DNA from: Glaucostegus cemiculus
Taxonomy: Eukaryota
Direction of reading: 5' to 3'
NCBI GenBank assembly: GCA_976551045.1
Contig: CDPCPM010000043.1
Span: forward strand, 682,001 to 746,000
DNA length: 64,000 nucleotides
In this document: positions 13,916 to 26,904 of the stretch, one piece after another
Layout of the letters: each line of letters opens with the position of its first letter
How positions within the stretch are numbered: position 1 is the first letter of the stretch
Notes under the pieces: model-generated
What the model saw: the letters and a program-made list of their open reading frames with translations, nothing else
Databases searched by the model: none
Told to the model about the DNA's origin: nothing
Translations under genes and position numbers: made by a program

Positions 13916-15106
13916 AGATTTAACTTAGGTCAAGAACCTAGCAACGTATGGAAATCCCACTCATTCCATTGGTCAGCTTCTATAACCTTTGTTCTTGCAT
14001 TAATCTCCTGTGCATGAAGCATCTTGCAAGGTTTTGTTACATTAAAGCTGCCATGAGTGTTCTCTTCCAGTTTCTTTTGAAGCCACCCTTTTTTTGTAGA
14101 CTGTGCTTTGCTCTATTTCGTCTTTAACAATATCTCTTCCCTGTAAGGCATTCTTCTTTTTAAAAAAGGCTGTGATCTTTATTATGTTACCTCCCTGTGG
14201 GAGGTTTCACTGAGGCTTCTTCCAAAATTACCCATTCTTTGCTTTATGTACATTTTGTAAACAAGCTACAGCAGAAGATAAATGTTTGTTTATAGTTATG
14301 CTTTTGTTCCGATAACGTTCTGTCAAGTCTTATGAAAAGTGCCTCAGTAAGAGAGAAAACTGGAAATTAAATCATTCTAAAAATAACTGACATCTTGGGG
14401 CAGTGAGTTGCCTTTATAATGTTCGAGCTTTGCAGCTAAATGTTAGTGAGAGACAAATCAATGCTTCATTGGGCACAGGGAGATGCATAGTTTGACATAT
14501 AACCATCTTGCAACCATCAATATCTGAGACTTTCATCCTTTTATCTTAGTCCCCATACTGAGTCTCGCTCCTCTGATGCCTTTCTGCATCTTGCTGTCAT
14601 TGGCTCCCACCCCGTGCATTGATTTCAAAGTCTCGTCTTCTTCAACAAATTATTTTACCCTCACCCACAAGTGGAGTCGGTAGGCATGGGGTGGGTGTTG
14701 GAGTTGTGGAGGAGGGAGGCAGGTTGGTTAACTATCGCTACTCCAACCTGCAGGACCTCAAATTAAAGTTAGTGGGCTCCTCAAAACCTGATGTGGAGTA
14801 AATTCTGCAGTTGCTTCTGTAGCAGTGTGCTCCTAGCTGAAAATTCACCCTCATGATCCCTGGAAAGAACTTGGCTCCATCAGTCACCCTCCCCTGACCT
14901 CTGCAAGTGCCTTCAGCTCGTTGTTTCTACACCTGTCAGCCAATCTTCTGTCCAGAGCCACCTTTACACTTTGCCCTCCCCTCCCCTCCCCCCTCAACAT
15001 ACCCATATTCCCATCCACACCCTACCACTGGCTTTAACTTAACTACCAAAGGCTTCAGCCACTTGGACCTCACACTATGGAATAGTCTTTGTGATTCTGT
15101 TGCCGT

Positions 15107-15401
15107 GACGGCACGGTAGCATAGTGGTTAGCACAATTGCTTTACAGCGCCAGCGACCCGGGTTCAAATCCGGCCACTGTCTGTAAGGAGTTTGTACGTT
15201 CTCCCTCTGTCTGTGTGGGTTTCCTCCGGGTGGTCCGGTTTCCTCCTACATCCTGAAGACGTACAGGTTAGAAAGTTATGGACATGCTATGTTGGCGCTG
15301 GAAGTGTGGCAACACTTGCAGGCTGCCCCCCAAAATGACTACGCAAAAGGTGTATTTCACTGTGTGTTTTGATGTACATGTGACTAATAAAGATCTTATC
15401 T
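15107..15401 (+). mobile_element. tRNA-derived V-SINE (HE1-like), best-preserved copy
   Basis: A box tagcatagtgg, B box ggttcaaatcc (15161-15171), V-domain, retained CpGs, and tail ttcactgtgtgttttgatgtacatgtgactaataaagatcttatc. Confidence 0.88.
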
Positions 15402-15724
15402 TTTGCAAATGGAAAAACTAAAACTTGAACAGATTCAGTAACATTGCTACTAGATGTTTCTTAGTGTGGAACTTGGGCTTTCTGCCTTTGCCACAAAGTG
15501 GATGCTTAATCCCATTCCCCAGTGAGAACCCAGAAGCAATGCCATGTCAGTCTTCAAAGGGTTTCGCAAGTGATTATGAATGAGTTGATTGGACAAATGT
15601 TAGCAGTGATTCAGTTGTTAGTGCTCTTGCTTCTAAGTCAGCATCTTGAAAGTAGGCTGACACTTCTGCATAGCACTACATTTCAGGCAAAGCATGAACA
15701 TGAGTTGTGACGTAAGTGACACTT

Positions 15725-15936
15725 TTCCCAAAGAAAAGCAAGTCAATTATATCCAGTGCCCATGCCAATATTTATATCTGAACCAACAGTTGAGTGATTT
15801 ACTTTGTGCAAGTTGGCTGCCAAGGTTCCTATATGACAAGAGTAATTGCATTTCAAAATGACTTCATTGATTGAAAAGCATTTTAAGACATTTTGAAAGG
15901 AATGTGTAAGTATACATATAAATGCAATTCTTCCTT
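15725..15936 (+). mobile_element. ancient Deu-domain SINE 3' remnant
   Basis: gccaatatttat...gtgcaagttggctgcc...ttcaaaatgacttcattgattgaaaagcatttt...atataaatgcaa. Confidence 0.55.
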
Positions 15937-16510
15937 CTAGTTTCTATGGTGCAGATGCCAGGACAATTCTGGTGTATTTTATAAACTTTGTGTCACTCAT
16001 CCACTCTTTGATATGAATTTTATGTTCACAAAAAGCAAACCCAAGTTGAATTGGGTAACAAATGGGTGGAAATGGATACATGAACTTCTGATTTCAAGTT
16101 CTTGGAATGTTTCAAAGTCGTTGATGTAGAAGTCAACTTCTGCTGATGAGAAAGAAGCAGGGGAATAGCTAAAGTGATCCAATGGGATAATCTTTTTGGT
16201 TGATCATTTCTATTCAAATTTTGTAATGTATTTGCAGTGTTTATAACATCTCTATTTCATCTGCAATATGTGTACCTGAGAGAGAGATAGTATATCTCTT
16301 TATTTAAATAAAACATCTTTATCTATCGCTGCAGAGAGATACAATTTAAATATCGATAAAGTATAAGGAATGAACAATGCAAAGTGGTTAAATTGTTTCA
16401 TTGGTTTTATACTTATTAATCCTTACTATAAAGATCTGTTCTGCACATAAATAAGATGTGCAATTTATTGGTTTCCCCAATCACTGTACCAATCTCCCTT
16501 CTTATTTTAG

Positions 16511-16589
16511 GTGCGAGTCTTCACCTTTTCAGTTGGTCAGCATAACTATGATAAAGGACCATTACAGTGGATGGCCTGCACTAATAAAG
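16511..16589 (+). CDS. CACNA2D1: alpha2delta-1 exon (exon 13 equivalent)
   Basis: ttttag|GTG...AAAG|gtattt; 79 bp; VRVFTFSVGQHNYDKGPLQWMACTNK(G). Confidence 0.96.
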
Positions 16590-16733
16590 GTATTTGATAA
16601 CCTACCTTTTTTTATCAATAATATAGTTAAAATCTATTTGTGATCTATTTTTAATGGGCCTCTGATTAATGGTTCCAGTTTGCACCGGAAAGATTCTGAA
16701 TGCAGTTAAACATGTTTTCTTTCTACATTTCAG

Positions 16734-16783
16734 GCTACTTCTTCGAAATTCCCTCCATTGGAGCAATACGTATAAACACACAG
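16734..16783 (+). CDS. CACNA2D1: alpha2delta-1 exon (exon 14 equivalent)
   Basis: tttcag|GC...CAG|gtagta; 50 bp; (G)YFFEIPSIGAIRINTQ; follows a 144 bp intron. Confidence 0.95.
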
Positions 16784-16857
16784 GTAGTAATATTAAAATG
16801 TAATTTACCAGGTTGAGCTTGCTAATTTGCCAAATGTGCTTAAAGTAAAAACAATCC

Positions 16858-16992
16858 AAAAATGCTGGAAATTCTCAGCGGGTCAGGCAGCATCTGTGGA
16901 GAGAAAATGTTGATAACCATTTATGAAATGTTAACTCCTGCTTCTTTCTCCGCCAATGCCAACTGAACAGCTGAGTATCTCCAGCGTTTTTT
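16858..16992. repeat. fold-back (inverted pair) of Penelope-like terminal repeat
   Basis: aatgctggaaattctcagcgggtcaggcagcatctgtggagagaaa on the left, with the imperfect complement tttctccgccaatgccaactgaacagctgagtatctccagcgttt on the right. Confidence 0.7.
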
Positions 16993-17971
16993 TGTTTTAT
17001 GCCAAGTATTTTTTTATGTGCTGTCGTGTTTTTTTTCAAATGTACAGGAGCCGAACTGGACAGTTAATAATTTTTTGATGAATAATTGGAAAATTAAATC
17101 ATTTAGTGGGACAAAAATCTCAAATAACTTTCCATTTGCTTTAAGATATTATACAGAGCTAAAAAAACTGAGCAAAGAGCCTGGAGTTTGCTTTTGTATT
17201 GTCACCATAGATCGTCTCTACTCGCCTCCTTCCGTTCTTGTTAATTATGAAGGATTACATTGCTTCAGGCTGTAATGAATGTACTGGAGTTCAGTGAGTG
17301 GAACATGTTGAACCTCTGACCTAACTTTCAGTCTGTTAGGTTGCTGGAAGAAGGTTGACTCACAGACATGTCCAAAGATTCATAAAGGCAGTATTTGGTT
17401 AATCTAAGATAAATTCTGAGGGCCAAAAGTCTTCAGCTCATTAATGCACAATTTTTAGAATTTATGACCATTACATCAGAGGTCATATGGAAGACTGGCT
17501 AAGGAAATTAATTTGTCCTTCTAAAGGCAGGATCTTAGGAGTAGATGGAAAGACCCTCTATTTCAGTTAGTTCCAGACTGGGGGATATTCATGGCATTGG
17601 TCAAAATGACAAAATCTACTGCACACCAAGAATTAATGGCCAGATGTTTAGCCATAGGACCTGAAATTGCCAGCTAGCTGTAGTGTTTATGGCAATGCAG
17701 TCCAGACCTCTGTGTCTGCATGAGGCAGTGCAGGAATATGGAATGTACCGGAGTTGGTGCCAGGGAATCCAATGGTGGTTCCATGAGGTTCTGAGCTGTG
17801 AGGGCTGATGTACCATGTACCACAGTCCATTCCCTGACTGGTGCAACCACTAGATTCTCACTTTCTAAAGGTCATTGACCTTTTCCAGAATGGTTCAGGG
17901 ATTTGCCAAGGCAACCTGTCTTGGGTTAAATTGATTTTCGTGTGATTTGTGCATGGAAGGCAGACACTAAC

Positions 17972-18118
17972 CCAGCTTCCGGGTCAAGACCTTGCATCAG
18001 CACTCAACCTGAAACGTCAGCCATCCCTTTGCCTCGACGGATGCTGATTGACCTACTGAGATCCCCCAGGAGTTTGTTTTATGCTTGAGATTCCAGCATC
18101 TGCAGTCTCTCTTGTGCC
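17972..18118. repeat. Penelope-like terminal-repeat fragments in inverted arrangement
   Basis: gggtcaagaccttgcatcag (minus-strand core) abuts cctgaaacgtc...gatgctgattgacctactgag...gattccagcatctgcagtc. Confidence 0.65.
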
Positions 18119-19019
18119 TCCACCACTTAGTCTTGTTTCTTGCTGAGTGCCATAGGCAGTGCTCATAAAGACCAGCTGTACCTGGTGTCAGATGGAGGGC
18201 TGTCTCGCTTGTGTTATGCTTGAGAGGTCACAGTTCTTCTGAGCAATTATATTGAACTGTTATTTATCAAGCTTTGATAAGCCAGACTGTCAGCAAGAGC
18301 TCTGTGTCAACAGTTAAACATTACCATGTACTTTAGATCCATCTACCCCAAATAAAATAGTATGGAACAGCTAATTATCGTGGAATGAGGCATGTTCTCA
18401 GGATCCACTCCCTGGGGTCTACTGACTGCCTAGAGCTCACTCCACCTGGCTGAACACCTCTCAGATACGAAGAGTCAGCTCATCTGGTCCTCCAGTCCAG
18501 AAAAACTAAATCCTGGCAGGCAGGCAGGCAGTGAGTCCGGACAGGGAGCTGAGTTCAGCAGGTTCTGGCCCAGTATACAGAAGGTCATCTTTACTGAAGC
18601 AGTGTGTTCAGTTCATGACTTGCCACTGTGCGAACAAGACGTTTTATTCAAGATGTAGATGAAAATGTGAGTATTTCTGAACTAAACCTGAAATTGCTGA
18701 ACTGGCTCAAATCTCCAAAAATTCCCTGACCAAACCACAATTAAAATTTCTGACATCAAAGGAACAGACCATTTTAAACACAGCTATAGCTCAACAGCGG
18801 AGCAACAAGCCATACTGTAATGATCCTGTTATTATGGATCCAGGAGGTATAGGAGTTAATATCAAAGATATCTGCTTGCTGGGTTTTAAGACCCCAGGGA
18901 TTGAGGTTGTGCAGAGCCTCCGCCAGACTCCATCTGCATTCAGTTTACCTCAAGAAGTTTATATATTGGCTTGAATAAAAATGAAGCCTATTGGGTTACT
19001 GGCTGCAAAATACTGCCTT

Positions 19020-19215
19020 GCAATCTGTGGAATGTAGAAAGTTGAAGGATGATCCTCCCAAGGGATCTGATAGATTGATGCAGGGAAATTACTTCTTCCA
19101 GTGGGACAATACAGAACAAGTTAGGATATTCTTGAAATGGGAGCTGGGGTATTCAACAAGCACTTTTTCCACATTAAGGATAACGGAAATTGAAAATGTT
19201 GCCATCTGTAATTGA
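19020..19215 (+). mobile_element. old CR1-like LINE 3' fragment
   Basis: Degenerate SVECRKLKDD...DRL...STFST-like C-terminal ORF2 sequence. Confidence 0.45.
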
Positions 19216-19953
19216 AGTATGCATGATGAAGATCAGTACGTTTTCCTGAGGGGTTGGGGGTTCGGCTCTGCCTCGGCTGTGATCTCACTGAATGGCAAAA
19301 CAGGGTTGAGTGGCTGGCACTTGTCACCCCTCTGACATGGCTGCCTGATGGAAGTGGGAACCTCCTGAAGTTATACTCATTACTATTTGACAGATGGAAC
19401 CCCTAAGAACCTCAGCTAGTTTCATAGACCAGCGGTTGGGAGAGGACCAGCAGGGATGTTCTATGGTGGAAATTGTGGGATCAAAAGCAGAGGCTCTCCA
19501 ATGCAAGTTTAAAATGTAAACATTTGGGATGGCCCGGAGTGCTACAGAACTAATTTGGGTTTTTGTCTCCATGGGCTCTTTCACCTTTGGTGTTCCTGAC
19601 GCTCTCTCAAGCTGCCTTTGTCTCTGTATTTGTTTTTACATTAAGCAGCCCACCAGCACTCTTTAAAGAAGTTTCTTCATTTGTACCAGAATTTTAATTT
19701 GAGTGTATAGCCTTAACAATTTCCAACAATAAAAGCCCCAGAGTTAAAAAAAAATTCCAACTGCATACTCTGCAATCTCTCTGGTTCTCCTGATAACTCA
19801 AACTATGGTAGAGAAAACTGATATGTTGAGTACTTTTTCCTCTGAAATCTTAATGGTTCACACCAGAGAGTAAGAGTTATTTCCTGTGCTTAACATTATT
19901 GAAAAATTAGCTTTTAGTTTTTGGTGATTGCATTATTCCATTCATTTTTATAG

Positions 19954-20046
<93 letters not shown>

Positions 20047-21715
20047 TGATTTGAACACTTTATGCTTGCACAATCTACTGTTTGCATTGAGTGCTAAAAT
20101 AATGGCCCAAACTTTTCAGTGGCAAACACCTACTATTTGCTGACATTTCTTCAGGAATCTGTCAGCAACATTGGGATTTCTTCATAAGTAGAGTTGATGT
20201 GGAATTCTCTGAGCTGTTGTCAATGATTCAGCTTGTATTCATAAGCTGAATTGTTTACATCCTTCTCCACTGATATCAAGGGAAATCACCAGAACTGACG
20301 TAAATGTAACGGATGTAATTAACCTGAAAATAACCCTTTGATGTTTGTGTTTTAATATCAAAATTAATGTTTGTCCAAAAAAAGGTAAAAAGTTCATTTT
20401 AAGCACAGTTTTACGTCATGAGTATTTCACAAGAGTGGAGATTTCAGAATGTTTGAATTATGATATTGTAGCTTCATAAATGTTCATCTAATATTTATTT
20501 AGCATTCAGGTTTGCTTTCTCTGGGAATTCTTCATTGTGGTTAGCTGCTGCTGATCTCAATGTTGCTGGATGCCAAGGACACCCCCAAACTGAAACCTGA
20601 CTTCAGAAAATAGGAGGATCTTATAATAGAGGTCATTAGATCTTTGTGAGCAACTTCACTGCTGGTGGCAAATACTTGACATTCTAAGAACAGTTAAAGA
20701 TAAATACAGCAAAGTGTACATATTGCTGGAATAATACTGTTCTTTGTAGCTTGCTCGGTATCTATTCTTAAGTTAGCAGGATAAAGGCAGTTGATAGGAG
20801 AAAAAAGACTTGTAAGAACAAATTGTTATTTATTTCAATCAAGTGAACATGTGGTGCTGATGGGCACCTGAAAACCCTATCAACTTGAGTCCTACATTAT
20901 GAGGCTTTTATTCAAATCACAGGAAAGATGCCACATTAACTAGAGTAGCCTGTTAATTAACAAAAAAAACATTTTATCTTAATAAAAGGCAAAGTGAGAA
21001 CAGGATTGTGTTCCATTTAATTTCAACTCCTTCAAATGGATTTGCATATTTTATGATTTAAAAATTATATTCTTTTTCTCTTTTAAAGTCACTCACATCA
21101 GACTTTTTCAAAGATGCACTTGTGTCAGGAAAACAATGGCTTATTACTGTTTATTTTCATCTTGTAAAACTGGAACTACAAGGATTCAGGAAGATAAGAA
21201 GATTGGCAGGATTGGCATTGTTGGTGTTCATCTCTCAAACAGCATCCTTGCAGTGATGTAAATGACCATGAGTTGTACTGCTGTACCTCTTTAAAAGTAA
21301 TGGCATTGGTACAGATGTGTACTTGTTGGTCAGCATGGACCAAGCTGAAGGGCCTGTGTCTGTCCTGTATGACTCTGTGGCTCTACAACAGAAGGAAGCT
21401 TGTATTTAATCAATATTTTAACTTGGGGGAATAAATGACCCACGTGATTATTCCTGATTATAAATTATTTGTCTTTTTTGTTCTAATTTGAGCACCAAGC
21501 TTTTGGTGTCTTTTTGAACATTGATAGTGCATCCAGTTGCATGAATATATTATTCTTTGCACATCTATGTGTGTCAACACATTGTGATCCTATTGGAAAC
21601 GTGTGTTTTGTGCTGTGCCTGCTTTATAAGAGTCTAGAAGAAGCTTAGGGACTCAACTTGAATATAGGTGATGCCTTCAACCTAAATACATTTGTACAGG
21701 TTTACAAATTATGAC

Positions 21716-21850
21716 AAGAACATAGAACAGTACAGCACTAGACAGGCCATTCGGTCCATGATGTTGAGCCAATCTTGATGCCAATTTATACTAAATGTCT
21801 CCTTCCTGTGTATCATCCATATCCCTCCATTCCCTTCATATTCATGTGTC
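21716..21850 (-). mobile_element. CR1/HER1-like LINE 3' tail
   Basis: aagaacatagaacagtacagcactagacaggccattcggtccatgatgttg; homologous to the ends at 23.87 and 46.1 kb. Confidence 0.75.
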
Positions 21851-23855
21851 AAAGAATGGGATCTTGGTTTGTACTCTGGAATTTTGAAGGACATTACTGA
21901 CTCTTGGCAAGTGTTTGTAGCACTAAAATTGCTTTCTCGTGATGTTTTTCTGTGACCACTCATGCAATTTTATTGGTTGAAATCCTTCATCTGCAGTGCT
22001 GAGAGAGCATAGGACAACAAGCCACAGTAGCAAGGAACAGGGGAGTTTGTCTATAACCATGCTATTCCACATACCAAGCAAGTTTAGTCAGTTGTGACTG
22101 AGTTGGAGCTAATGCAGACTTCAGGAATGTAAGTCTCCAAGCCATGGAGGTCTAACAAAGAAACAGAACCTTCCTTGAATTCAGTCTAAGGCTGTTTTAA
22201 TAACAAAACCCTCAAAGAGATTAAGAATCTCTGAAGGTCAGTTGCAAGGCTAAATTACTTAGTAATTATAAAGAGACAGTTATATCATGTGAAATTTGCA
22301 TAATTCTTAAGTTGCTTGGAACTCGCAAAGTGTAACAGGGTAGAGCCAAAAATAACTACCTTTCAAAAAAGGATCAGGAAGTAACTTAGTTTTTGTGGAT
22401 ATAGTATGCTCAGTATATCTAGTAGAGGAGAGACTTTGAACCATGGCTGTAAATCTCAGTCTAACAGAAGAGCTTAGAGCCCCAATATGTGTTTCGGTTA
22501 AGTGCCCTGCTGTGGATATATGTACTGAGACTTGATGCATTGTGAAGACATTTACAAATACTGTAACCTGCATTTAGTGACAGAGAGGTTGCTGATTTCG
22601 ATCAAGCTATAAATCAATCAGGGCTGGATCCATTAGCTACACTCCCTAAGCAACTCTGATGTAGCTGCATATTACTGAGTTTAATGCATCTGCTATAGCC
22701 TGGCAGACCTAAATGGGACTAGAATTAGTTAAACAGAATGTTATCATTCAGTTGGCAGCTGTGCGAGGAACTCCTTGAGTATTGGACAGTGTCCCAGGAA
22801 GTCCATGGATTACGGTGGTTTGCTGCTTAATTGTCCTATGCCCTTTCATGAGAGTGTCAAACATTTAGCAAGCTTTCCCCTTGAGAATTTATTTGTAGAG
22901 CATGCCATCCTTCCATAGGAACTGCTGACTTCCTCCTTTCCTTTGCCTTTGCCTTTCTTTACCTGGAACATGTGTTTTCCAGGCTACCATTCACTGTCCT
23001 GACTCTAGGTCTCTGACTCTGTTTCTCTTCCCACAGATGTGACCTCACCTGCTTGAGTATTTCCACCATTTTCTGATTTTGTTTTATTTTGTATTTCCAA
23101 TGTCTGCAGATGTTTTTGGTTAATGTTCATCATTGTTCTTGGTTAGTTGTCAGCACCATGAGTGTGTGGATTACCCACTGAATTTTTTTCTCTTTTGTCT
23201 TGGCGTGTGGCAGAGAGGAAGATGGTTGGACTTTGCCCACAGATTCATTACTGAGATCGGGGATTTGTCAGGAGTGATGGGTGCAGAACACATGCATTGT
23301 TAATAACTAATGAATGTGGATCTCCAACCACTGGAACCATTCTTTTGTACACCACCAATGTGAATTGGTAGTAATTCCCTGTAACTGGTAGGGACTGTAG
23401 ACATCTGCTCAGCAGATGATCAACCTGCCATCTGTGGAATCATTCATTTTTCAGTTTGTTCCTAAACATTCAGTTCAACTCTACTCATTTGTCCTCCATG
23501 AACTTCTTGAACCAGCATATGGTGTCTTGCACATATGTTGCCAATATGCTTGAACTGTCTCTTAATGATATAATAACCGAAGAATGTAATAGAAAAGATG
23601 TGTCTCATTGCTTAAACTGTGCTCATCTCCCTGTGACCTTACTTATACTAAGGTCTTCTTTATCCTATCAAGAAGCTCATTCCACCTGAAACCTTCTCCC
23701 ATCTGTGTGCTTTATTTTGTTCAAACCAGTGTTACATTTCCCTATTAATTAAGTTGCCAAGATTCTTCTTTGTTTCAATGTTACGGAATGGGATTCAAAG
23801 TATAGCAACAACATTTAATTGGCACACAATCCCAGAATATCCAGAACATTCGGAT

Positions 23856-25822
23856 ACATGGAACATATAGAACATAGAACAGGACAGCGCTCGGCAGGCC
23901 ATTCAGCCCACAATGTTGTACCAATCTTGATGACAGTTTATACAAAATATCCAACTCCTGTGTGTCAACCCTATCCCTCCATTCCCTTCATACTCATGTG
24001 TCTATCTAAAAGCCTCTTAAACTCCACCAGACTGCCTGCTCCCACACTACCCCTGGTAACTCATTCCAGGAGCCTATCACTCTCTGTGTAACAAAAAAAA
24101 AAATTCCCCTCATTGTTGCCTTTAAATTTCCCCCCTCTAACCTTAAAAGCATGTCTTCTGATGTCATTTCTGGGGAAATGATTCTGACTGTCTACCCTAT
24201 CTATGCCTTTCATAATTTTAAACACCTCTATCAGGTCTTCCCTCAGCCTCCAATGCACTTGGGTGAACAACCTAACTTTGTCCAAACTTTCCTTATAGGT
24301 CATACCCTCTAATCCAGGCAGCATCCTGCTAAAACCTCTTCTACACCATTTCCACAGTCTCCACATCCTTTCTATAATGGGGCAACCAGAACTGCACACA
24401 AGTGCTGTTTGACTAAAATTTTATGTGTGCAACTCCTATACTCAACACCCTTACCAATGAAGGCAAGCATCCCATACACTGCCTTTATCACCTTATCCAC
24501 TTGTGTAGCCACTTCCAGTGAACTGTGGACTTGGACCCCAAGATCCCTCTGTACCTCAATGCTATGAAGGGGCCTACCATTAACTGTATACTCCCTCCTT
24601 TCATTTGACCTCCCAATGTGCAATACCTCACATCAACCCAGATTAAACTCCATCTGCCACTTCTCTGCCCATATCTGTAACTGATATATATCCAACTGTA
24701 TTCTTTGATAGTCCTTTACACTGTCGTGGCCCTCCAGCCACTGGCCTATGATCACCTGGATTATCCCTACTTTTCTTCTTGAACAATGGCACAGTATTTG
24801 CTACTATCCAGTCCTCCAGGACCTCGCCTGTTACTAGTGAGGACACAAAGATCTTTGTCAAAGCCCCAGCAATCTCCTCACTTCTTTCAATATTCTGCGA
24901 TATTTGCCATCAGACCCTGGGGACTTATTCACCTTAATGCTTTTTTAGAAGACCCAGCACTACCTACTCCTTAATTTCAAAATATGCCAGCACATTAGCA
25001 TGTCCCACTTTTCACTCATCCTTCACCTCGGTAAATACTGACGCCAAGTACTCACTTAGTACCTTAGCCACTTGCTCTGACTCCAAGCACAAATTCCCTC
25101 CTCAATCCTTGAGTGGACCTTAGTTATCCTCTTTTTCTGAATACAAGTATAAAATATCTCAGGATTCTCCTTGATCCTGCCTGCCATGAACATTTCATAG
25201 CCCCTTTTGGCCTTCCTAATCACCTGCTTGTGCACTTTCCTACTATCTTTATATTCCACAAGGACCCAGGCTGATCTTAGCTTCCTAAACTTTATGTTTG
25301 CATTCTTTTTCTTCCAGACTAAATTTAGGATCTCTCTGGTCTTCAAACTTCCCTTACCTTACCATCCATGTCCTTGCTCTTTGCCGGAGCATGTCGATCC
25401 TGAACTCTGATCAGCTGGTTATTAAACCACTCCCACATGTCAGATGTGGACTCGTCCAACGGCAGCTGATCCCAATAAACTCCCCTTACCTCTTGTCTTA
25501 TCCTGTCGTAATTTTCCCTCCCCCAATTTAGTAACTTGCTGCAAGATCCAATTATATCCTTACTCATAACTGTCTTAAAACACAGTGAATTGTGGTCACT
25601 ATTCCCAAAATGTTCACCCACTATCAGGTCTGTCATCTGGCCTGGCTCATTTCCCAGGACCAGGTCCAGTATGTTCTCTCCTCTAGCTGGACTCTCCACA
25701 TACTGTTTCAATTGTCATTCCACTCCGCCACAGGGGAACCCTGCACTGACTGCCTACTCCCCTTGCTTCTCCTGGTGGTCACCTATCTATCTGTAGCCTA
25801 CACCTTGGGTGTGACCAGCTTT
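23856..25822 (-). mobile_element. CR1/HER1-like LINE, internally deleted
   Basis: Minus-strand fragments are the endonuclease C-terminus (GENILDLVLGNEPGQ...GNSDHNSL), the tether, the RT start (EDWIVANTVPLFKK..DNPGDHRPV), the C-terminal part (DLGVQVHSSL; RLREDLIEVFKIMKGIDRVD), and a (ttctatg)n-like tail. Confidence 0.9.
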
Positions 25823-26419
25823 CCTTTATTAGTTAAAATTCTTTTTTGGCCTACTTTGATGAATCTCAAAGGAGAGAATATTAAACTACAAGTAATAAAC
25901 CTAATTTCAGCAGTTTCTTTCATCCCTCAACTTGTTTACTAATTGATAAAATGTATCTGTAAAAAAAAATGCAGTTTGTGTTGCATTCATGTGACATTTA
26001 ATATAAATGCATTTTTTATTATTAACTTTCAACCAGTGACTACCCATGATGTTTACACCAATTACATCTTGAGACCATAAAAACACAGGTATATGCTTTG
26101 AAAATCTAGTCACTAGGGGTGCAATGGACCATAAGGATCTATCAATCTGCAAGGTATGGATTCCTCTCATAAGTTAATCTCTCATCAGTTTCAGAAAGAC
26201 TCTGATGTCCAATGATATTGTCATCAAGTTGCATCAAAGAATTCTCACAAAAAAGAGCAATTTAAAAAATATCTTGTGATACCAATTTATGAAACATTAG
26301 ACAGAGTGAAATAGAAATCAGGATGGACACATGAGATTGAGGTAGAAGCTGAAATATTATAAATTAAGTTTGCAAACACAAACCAATCACTACGTTTTAT
26401 CGGAGATTTACTGCAAGTA

Positions 26420-26570
26420 TTGGTTTATTATTGCCACTTGTACTGAAGTACAGTGAAAAACTTGTCCTTGCATACCATTCGCACAGGTCAATACATTACA
26501 CAGTGCATTGAGGTAGTACAGGTATGTACCATCAGTCTCCTGTACCTTCTACCTGATGGGAGAGGAGAGT
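26420..26570 (-). mobile_element. Rex1/Babar-like LINE 3' UTR fragment
   Basis: ggtttattattgccacttgtactgaagtacagtgaaaaacttg...cagtgcattgaggtagtaca; near-identical in layout to 33358-33475. Confidence 0.6.
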
Positions 26571-26904
26571 AGGGGAGGTACATAGCAATGAGAACAAACC
26601 ATTAGTTGGGAAGCTTTGGAAAGAGAAAAGGAAAACAGAAGAGTGAAAACAATTAATCCAAGGCGTAGAAGAAATTAGAAAATAGAATGATAGATTTAAA
26701 TAAAAATTAGTGGAGCATTGGGAAAACACAAAGGAGGAGTTGGGAGGCACAAAAATATAAAGTAATGGACCTTTCTCTAAATACTTGAGCAGCTTGTCAG
26801 AAAATTGACATTTTTGTCACAGATGACAATTGTAGCCATTATGTCAAAATGAGGGATTCTCAGCAAACCAATGTAACGTGACTGTAATTGGTACTTGGAC
26901 CAAA

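Noticed and set aside
15107-15180. tRNA gene
   Set aside because: A and B boxes are present, but the sequence continues into a SINE body and tail and has diverged paralogues in the window. It is a SINE head.
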